Positions 56,067 to 64,000 of a stretch of 64,000 nucleotides of DNA are shown piece by piece. A model generated the notes under the pieces. The model searched no databases, was not told the DNA's origin, and worked only from the letters and a program-made list of their open reading frames with translations. The DNA comes from Phallusia mammillata (Eukaryota): positions 20,832,001 to 20,896,000 of the forward strand of contig OZ281499.1 of assembly GCA_965637545.1 (NCBI GenBank), given 5' to 3'. How positions within the stretch are numbered: position 1 is the stretch's first letter; every line of letters starts with the position of its first letter. Position numbers and translations under genes: made by a program.

Positions 56067-59000
56067 TTAGTAATGTGTAAAGTAATGATGGAAAACAAAA
56101 ACCGAAACCCAAATCAGCCAACTACAACTGGAAAACCCGCTGACGCCACAAGTGGTGGTAACAGGTGCATCGGTTGATCCAGCTAAGGCCGGACATTGGT
56201 TGGTCACACCAGTAAGCGGAAATCCGCTGGATGGCACTGTGCAGTTCAGTCGCTCAATTACGTAAGGGCTTGTGATTTCTATAGGCTTGTATAACTTCGG
56301 AAGCTGAAAATTAATTGTATAAAACATTTACAAAAGAAGTTTTACAATATTTTTTGTTTGGTAAAATTTCTGAACATGCTTTTTTGCAGGACTGAAATAC
56401 TAAAAGTATTAGTAGAAAAAAAAGCTTTTTACAGTTCAAATCAGCGTTTGACATCCGATGAATGTTGGAACACCAGTGGTGCTCACCTTTTAACATATTG
56501 TAGCTATTACGTTGTTTACCTCAAAGTATCCAGACCCATAACACAATGCAGAAGATGCAATTGACGCCATATGCTTCTCAAAATTCTTCACTTCCCCTTT
56601 GTTCCAACTCATCTGCCCAAACGACAAGTTGATAGACTTTCGTATGTTTAACCTAGGACGCTCGCTGTCTAACCTAGGACGCTTGCTCATTGATTTATTT
56701 CTGTTTTAAAAGTCTAAAAAGCTTAACTTTGCGAAAGATTTTAGTACACTATAAACATGTTGTGCAAAATTAACTAGAGCGGGGCTTTCCAAACTGGGGG
56801 CCGCGGAAAGCTATACCAATTTTATACGAAGTAGTCCATATTATACTATTCTACGTTTTAGCCGTTAAATTCGAAATGCAGTTGCTCCAAGCGGTACAAT
56901 TTCGCAAAACATTATTTATGACTGCGCTGAAGATTTAACGAAACTAAATAGGGTAATGACGTCAACTTTGCCTCTGCGGACAAAAGGGATGTCACTGAAA
57001 ACACTAACTGGCCACACTGAAAAAATGTTTGCTTTTTTGTTCTGTTTTCAGAAGGAAGTAAAGTAGTACACTCCGAGTACCGGTCGCCATCTTTTAGTTT
57101 TCACTTGAATTAGGCGTTTTATTAAATACAACAAACGTAGATTTCACACTGTTTATCATACTAACCTAGGATCGCGTTGGTAAAAAGTGGTGGCGCACAT
57201 AGACTTGGCCACACATAATACAGATCTGCTTCGCAAGTTTAGTACATTGTTTAAATTCTCAAATTGACTAAAAATGAAAAAAATTACATATATATCCGTT
57301 TTTCAAATATTTTACGTTTTCTATTGTATGGTAAACCTACTGCGTTTAAGATTTCCAATGCTGTCTTGTTCGCGTATTTCTCCGGCTTCCAAACTATTAC
57401 GTTGTTCAAGTTTGCATCGAATTGAAAAAACCCGATTTGAAGATCACTAAATAAAACAAAATTGGATTGAAGTTGAAAATAAACTATAAATTACCACTAC
57501 TTAGTTTTAAGACCTGCAATATGAACTTGCTTGTAAAAATCTGGACATGTAAAGAAAACCGTTTTTGTTTTATTTTATTGTAATGATACATTATAGTTTA
57601 GGAAACAACACAGTGCTAGTTGTATGTTTGTGAGACTCAAACCAAAAAGTTCAACCTGTGAGACTCAAATCCAAAATAAGTCATTAAAGATGAAAATTCT
57701 GGTGAAGTCATGCAATATTCTATTGCCAGTTTCGAGTAATAATAAACAAATCCAAGGCACATTTCTTCCTTAGTGGCCAGCCCTCCCTGAAACAAAAAGC
57801 CAAACGTATGCTTTTTCAGTTTACAAAACTAGTCAAGATAAAAAATTTAAACATGGCAAGCTGGTTGTGGGTAAAGTTTGACCTTTAACACAAGTTTAGA
57901 AATTTGCAAACATGTTTGGGTAGTTTTGTCGGCCTTTGGTTTTAAGACAAAGGTTTTAACCTGACGGATACTTATATCTCAATTGGTAAACTTTGGGCTA
58001 ATATTAACAAAAAGAACTGTCTATAGGTATATGTAAGATTTAGTGGCCTACGGGTCAACAATTCTCTATGTATAAGATATATGAAAGATTACATAGTATG
58101 TTAAAACGTCGCGGAGTATTGCCAAGAGATAAACCGGTTTTATATGCTGCTGTAAATTTAACCCTACCCTGAAAAACAACCTTATTATACCATCGTTATT
58201 CCTGATCTTCCAACAGAATCGTAATTGCAAACCATTCGCATGGTGTCGCCTTTCATGATCGTCCGCTCCTCAGGCAGAACTCTCGTTTCTTGGTAGTTAA
58301 AGTCGTAAGATAGGTCACTTGCAATCGGTTCAAGCTCTGTCCCATTTCTGTAAAAAGATCTTGATCTAAATCTAACGCCCATGGTTAATGTAATATAGAT
58401 TATAGTGTGTTGTTTAAAATTTTGAAGTATTTCCCTTCTCTGTAACAAGTAGAAAAGTTTAGGATAATAGACAAAAATACTGCACAACATTAGTGCCTTA
58501 GTCCTTGAACATTACTACCTTAATCTCCGAAACAATACATTGGCTGCATAAGCGCGCAACATGGTACAGTTTTGTTTAGTCATTGGCACATACCGTATAT
58601 GTTTTAAAGTAAGTTGTCTTCCAAGAAGATGACTGTGTAACACCACAGCAAACACTTTGATTGATGTCAAACCGCTTTGTTCCAAACTCTGGAATTGGCA
58701 GCATAAATAAAAGATATAAACACCTGAGGGCCAATTATAACTTACATCTCGCAAACAATCAGAAGTACAGTCTCCAGCGCTATTGATTGACTTAGCATTC
58801 GGTGGTATGACTTGCTGAAATCCTGAGAGAGAAATTCCAACCTCTAACATACCAGTGTCATATGGGCGAAGGTCGGGAGTGTATGTTATCCTAAACCCGG
58901 TCGAGTCCACGATATCTACAAAATACTTAAATCAAGTGACCATCGATTTTTAAATCACTGTGTAAAAGTTCATTCATGTTTATGTTGTTCACAACATCTA

Positions 59001-62000
59001 GTGTCTGGTAAAATATTAGAGGAAATTAATTAGGTTTGATCACCAGTGGCTGAAATTTTCTTTCAAACACGCAATCCTTGAGTTGCAACATTACACAACT
59101 TGTTTACTAACTGTCAAACAGTTGTGTTTACCCACAATGCGCCAATCTCACTTTCTTGTGCGCCCCAATCACGTAACCATATGATAAGATGCCGCTGCAG
59201 CGCGTTTAGTCATTATCCACCAATAGTGCGCTTCAATATTTTGTGCTCGATAACGTTTTAACGTTGCGCAGTTATTTCCGTTGGTGTTTGATTTTGAGCT
59301 ATTGTGTTGCCACGTGTTTTTTGCACCAAGCGAAATTAACTCAACTCAACACCTGTCTTTGTAACCGACAGCTTTACCTGCTTTTCGAAGTGGATTGTCG
59401 TAATGAATTTCCAATGTAAGATATTTGAAGGAATCTGGAGTTCCTATTGGGTAACCGGCATGGGTGGGGTAGTAAAACGTCTGGAAATAAAGTTCAAATC
59501 AAACACCCGTTTAAAAACATAGTGATTTGTTGTAGAAGATCACGTAATGAAGTTTTGGTCAAAAATTCAAGAAAAAACTTTTTATTTTAGTATGCAATGT
59601 TAAGTTCCAAAGAAACGTGGGTCCTTTTTACACCGTAAAACAAATGGTAAAAACCCATGTGTCAAAAAAACATTTTAGAAAGAGGCTCATGCACTTGAGT
59701 TTAGGAACTTACCGATCCTCCGATTCCCCACGCATGAATCATATGCACGCAACTGTTAAAATCAGGAGGCATGTTGTTGTAGCATTCAGTGTTAACTCCA
59801 ACAGATGAATCGTTCTGAAAATGTAAGTTTTTAAACTATTTGTTGTCGATTTTCTGGTTTAAGAAATAAGCAGGGTTAATGACAAAAGGAAAATAATACT
59901 GATGAACACTTGATAAGAAAATAAAATAGGCAAATTTGAGAACCCTGACCTGATACTCAGCCTTATTTCACCATTTCTTGGCTAATTCGGGTTTGGGCGA
60001 GGTTTCGGACGTGTACTTGATTAAATAAGCGCCGTGGATTATATTGTATTTTTTTAATGTTGATGTCTAATTTGATGTTTGTTCTAGGTATTCTAATTAA
60101 AATTATTTATTTAGTTAATAATTTTCTCTGTGATGTCTCTATTCAAATATTTTACGAAAACGTCAACTTCTGCATCAACAAGCGAGCAGTCTTAATCGAA
60201 CTCTCGCCGACAGTGTGTAAAACTTTGGCAGCTCCGCTCGGATTAATTGACATGATGATATGAATAATGATTTTTCTTGTCGCTTTTAACCTCAGTTTAC
60301 CTTTTAAGTGAAAAAAGGTTACCTAATCCTGTCTTACTTAATAAATAGCTCGGTTACTTTGTAACAAAGCTGACGAAAGAGAAAGAATTTTAGCAGACAA
60401 CAGTTCATATAACCGTTTTTTACGTTTTCGTGATTTTTCACACCCCCTCTGTTCTAACTTTCACTAAACGTGACCTTTGAAAAACTAAATGACTTCAATT
60501 TCCAATTTTCAAGCAATTCGTTTTACTCAAATCCATTTTTCTCTATCTAAGATTTAAGATGATATGCATGTGAAACACACCTAATTTGTATCCTTACCAC
60601 ATTTTCTAAGCAGTGATAGATAACCATGTGATGAACCTCAAGCTCATTGTCAACTAAAGCCTCAATCTGTAAAAAAATGCCATGTGAACTTGGCTTTACA
60701 AAATTGTTGCACAACCATTTTGCACAGGGGTTGTTAAACTTTTGCGGTTGTGCCCCACTTGACACGATATATTTAATCTCACAAATTCCCCGAAATAAGT
60801 TTTAGCATGATGTGTTTAATTTGAGCAAAAAATTATAAATTTTGTTTGGAGTCAATGAGTAACCAAGCCGTTGGTATCTAATTTGAACAACAACCTTTTA
60901 TGTACCTTGACCATGTGGTGTTTTGTGGTTAAATGTGGTATCTTGAACAACCTGCAGCTGTAATAACTTTCTACTGCAGGCAATTGAAACTTATCGTTAC
61001 GAATGTCGAAGTGAAAGTGTCGTTCACCCTCTGGATATCTTGACTGTTTGAAGTTGGGTTGATCCAACAGGTATAGGCTTTTTACACCTGTCAGCAACAA
61101 GCCGGGCAAACAAAGTATGGTAATAGATAGCTGGTTGTAGAGTTTTGTTACCTCTCCGTTCTGGTGTATGATAATCAGGTCCACTTAAGTCATGTCCTAA
61201 AGGATCTTTTAATCCCCAAGCGTATATCACTCGAATTGTGTTCGTCTGAAAAAAACAAGCACGCAATGAATAAGGTGTTGCTAAAGCGAATAAAAAAGTA
61301 CTGTTAATTGTATTTCTTCTTGAAACATTTTTTAAACATGTTTTTGAAGTGGTGAAACATTTTTTGACAGAATCGTGATTTATCATTTCGTTAAAAGAAA
61401 GCAATCACGAATAGCAAGAAGTATGACATCAGCAAATTCTTCAGAAATGAGAGTCACGCTTTGAAGTCTGCAAAACCTGATTTATTTTCGGATCAACAAA
61501 TATAATTTATGGAAAATATCTTTTTCATGAACTGTCACATACGTTTTATCAATAATCGTGACGTATTGTAACCAAGATAAAGGTTAGCCAAATTGGTGAA
61601 ACCATCAAGAACAACACGTCAAACATACATTAACGTTCAAATCCGTTTCAAACTCACTGTGATTTCCAGATCTTGGTCGTCGCAGGCAGCAAGCTGTCTT
61701 CTGAACTTGAGCACAGTCCAGCCTTCGCATTCGCTTCCACCCAGCAACTCGACATTCTGTTCTGTATCCAGAGGCGGGTAAGTATTACCAGTTGTAACAC
61801 CGTGTCTGTCCTGAAATCAGTAATTCAAATGTTCAATGCAACCTTTTCACCTTTTTTCCCTAAAGCATAAAGATGCAACAAGTTCTTGTGGATGCCGTTT
61901 TTGTCTTGAAGTATTTATTAACAGTGATATTTACCGTAATTGTTCCTTCACCGTTCTTCACCCATCCCACATTCATGTCCGCACCCATCATTGACCCACT

Positions 62001-62305
62001 AGGGGAAAATCCTATTCCAACCCATCCGTTTGTATTTCCATGCACCTGTGTGGGCATAACGTTTAAATGAAACCTCTTACCAACGGCGACAAGTTATCAG
62101 AAATGTACTTAAACTTCTTGTGACCATCAATGTCTGAAAACTTTACCTCAAATGTGATGTGAGTTTGGTTAAACTTCCAGTACAAGTGAATTTTTCCGTT
62201 CGGTTCCAACTGGGCGTTGTGCGTAAAAGTCTCGCTCGGCCCCTGCTGTGATGCTGATATTGAGTTGAGCGAAAACAAAAGCAACAGGCACACTATTGAA
62301 CTCAT
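56067..62305 (-). CDS. MOXD1: DBH-like monooxygenase (DOMON plus copper type II ascorbate-dependent monooxygenase); 15 exons, 653 aa
   Basis: Minus-strand exons 62305-62147, 62045-61935, 61810-61658, 61245-61152, 61087-60906, 60666-60598, 59814-59713, 59480-59378, 58915-58746, 58688-58594, 58347-58191, 57786-57656, 57446-57341, 56612-56520, 56303-56067, total 1962 nt in frame. Signal peptide, DOMON (GWVGIGFSPSGSMMGAD), Cu ligands VHHM, EIHY, HSH and EEMC, hydrophobic C-terminus. Confidence 0.9.
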
Positions 62306-64000
62306 CGTGTAAAGCTAAAAAGTAACTGACAACTTTTGTACAATGCCACTGTTTAGTTACAATGCAGTCAAAAGCATTGTGGTCAAACTACAAACAATTA
62401 CAACTTCCTTCATTGAAAGTTGACAACGTTCTGTGCCTCAAAATACAAATTCGAATTGATTTTTCCAAACTGGAACACCTTTTCAGCAAAGGCAATTCTA
62501 CACTTGACTGGTAACTAATGTAAACTATTCAACACAAAATGACTATTTTTGAAGGCTGCAATAGTTACGACTTTATGACCGTTAATGTTGTTGAAAATAG
62601 TTTCTCCTAACATTGTTAATGTACAAAACTAATTTAAGACCCCTTTCAAAAAACTATAAATGCGTATCTCAAAGCTGATCTTCAAGTAATAGAATGGGCC
62701 AGTTTCTTTTCGGAATTTCACTTTACGATCACTAAACCGTATAGTTCTACATTACATCTTCCCTAATAATGCAAATTCATTGTCTGTTTTCAACAAAACT
62801 TATTATTTTGCTTATCGCCGCTTTAAGGCATGCTTTCGCAGCAATGAACTGCCGGAAATGGACTTTAACGTTTTCATGTATGACGTAACTAGATGGCGCA
62901 GAAAAACATGACATGATCTTTTCAATTTGGTTTCAGCCTTGATTGCAACATTGTCATAAGGAATAAGGGCAAATCTGAAACAACTAGATTACTGCAAAAT
63001 AAGTAAAACTGTAACTGTACATACAATATAAAAATTATACAATATACATTATACCTGTAAATGTTTTTTCCGAAACTTGAAAAGGGTTAAACCAGTAATT
63101 CTCAACGGGGGCTATAGCGCGCAGGTAACACTAAACAAAACGACAAGTTTTTTTTGTTATATCTCTCCAGCGACCAGTAAAAGTAAATTTGACTAAGTAT
63201 TGACTGTGTCAGGTACTTTGTTTTGCTACGTGGTTTCAAAGATGATACAACACACTGCTTTTTGTACAAACCACATGCGTTAATTGTCGGTCAATATTTG
63301 CAGGTAGTAATTGAGTTGTACTTAGCAGAATCGAGTCAGAACCCATTTATACGGTGTTTTTTAATTATTATTAGGTCCATTTTCTTGTTTAAGAGGTCCC
63401 TTCAAAAGAGTTGTAGAGTCCCTTCTACATAGCATATCAGGCAAGCCGACGCTAAGAGAAATAAACAGCAACTAATTGAAAACTCTTTTGAATGAGCGTG
63501 TTCCCACTTATCGAGAATTTTAAAAACATTCACTTTTATTCTTTGGGACCAAACTTTCTTAAGTCACCAGTGAACAAATCACACGTTTAATTGTGATGTC
63601 AACAAACCCGTTTGTGACTTGCCTCTTAAACTATTGTGTAATAAGCAACTAATCAATTCATACTGTAGTTTTGCAGTGTCTGACGCTCGGCTTAGATACT
63701 GCAACCGAGCACCGCGCATCAAATCGCATCTTGCTCGGTACCGAGTACCCGGGCACGGTGTGTGGCCGTCACAATGCATTGAACGTGCTCGACCGAACAC
63801 CGAACGTTAATGTAAGATGCTCGGTGCTCGATCAAACAAAACAATTGCAGTTTTGGCCCATCATCGGGTACCAAGTTAAAAGCAATGAGCACTGTCTGCA
63901 GTGGTATCGTGTTAATTAACCATTAGCATGTTATAATTTTAAGTGCTAAAATATAGCTTAAACATTCGGCTCTCAATTATCGCATTAATAGTGTACGTGA

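Noticed and set aside
63660-63835. Cluster of CCGAGCACC-like motifs in both orientations upstream of MOXD1
   Set aside because: It resembles transposon subterminal repeats, but no termini or TSD were found, and a regulatory role cannot be supported.

Overview
Eukaryotic, AT-rich, intron-rich genomic DNA. The short GT-AG introns and gene content suggest an invertebrate chordate such as an ascidian (inference only). All gene models were spliced by hand. On the + strand is a birth-and-death cluster: three 9-exon carboxylesterase-fold genes (CES1 2307-6349 intact, CES2 8686-12477 pseudogene, CES3 32307-35952 intact), three carotenoid-cleavage oxygenase (BCO/RPE65 family) copies (A, exons 6-12 only; C, exons 1-3 only; B 37578-42670 intact) and two divergent prodomain-less caspases (24552-26554 pseudogene; 49143-52693 intact). 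On the - strand is an intact 15-exon DBH-like monooxygenase (MOXD1, 62305-56067). Mobile DNA includes a full-length decayed CsRn1-type Gypsy element, a 5'-truncated Gypsy element, a Penelope-like fragment, about ten hAT MITEs with NNNTANNN target duplications, and short insertions carrying hammerhead-ribozyme cores. Main highlights: (1) all CES copies lack the catalytic serine and a signal peptide, yet two remain intact; (2) a DR4/DR3-like nuclear-receptor motif upstream of the CES genes is amplified independently at two scales; (3) there are three minimal hammerhead motifs, one inside a 116-bp insertion with an 11-bp TSD; (4) an 854-bp insertion in the BCO-A last intron is copied from CES upstream DNA.
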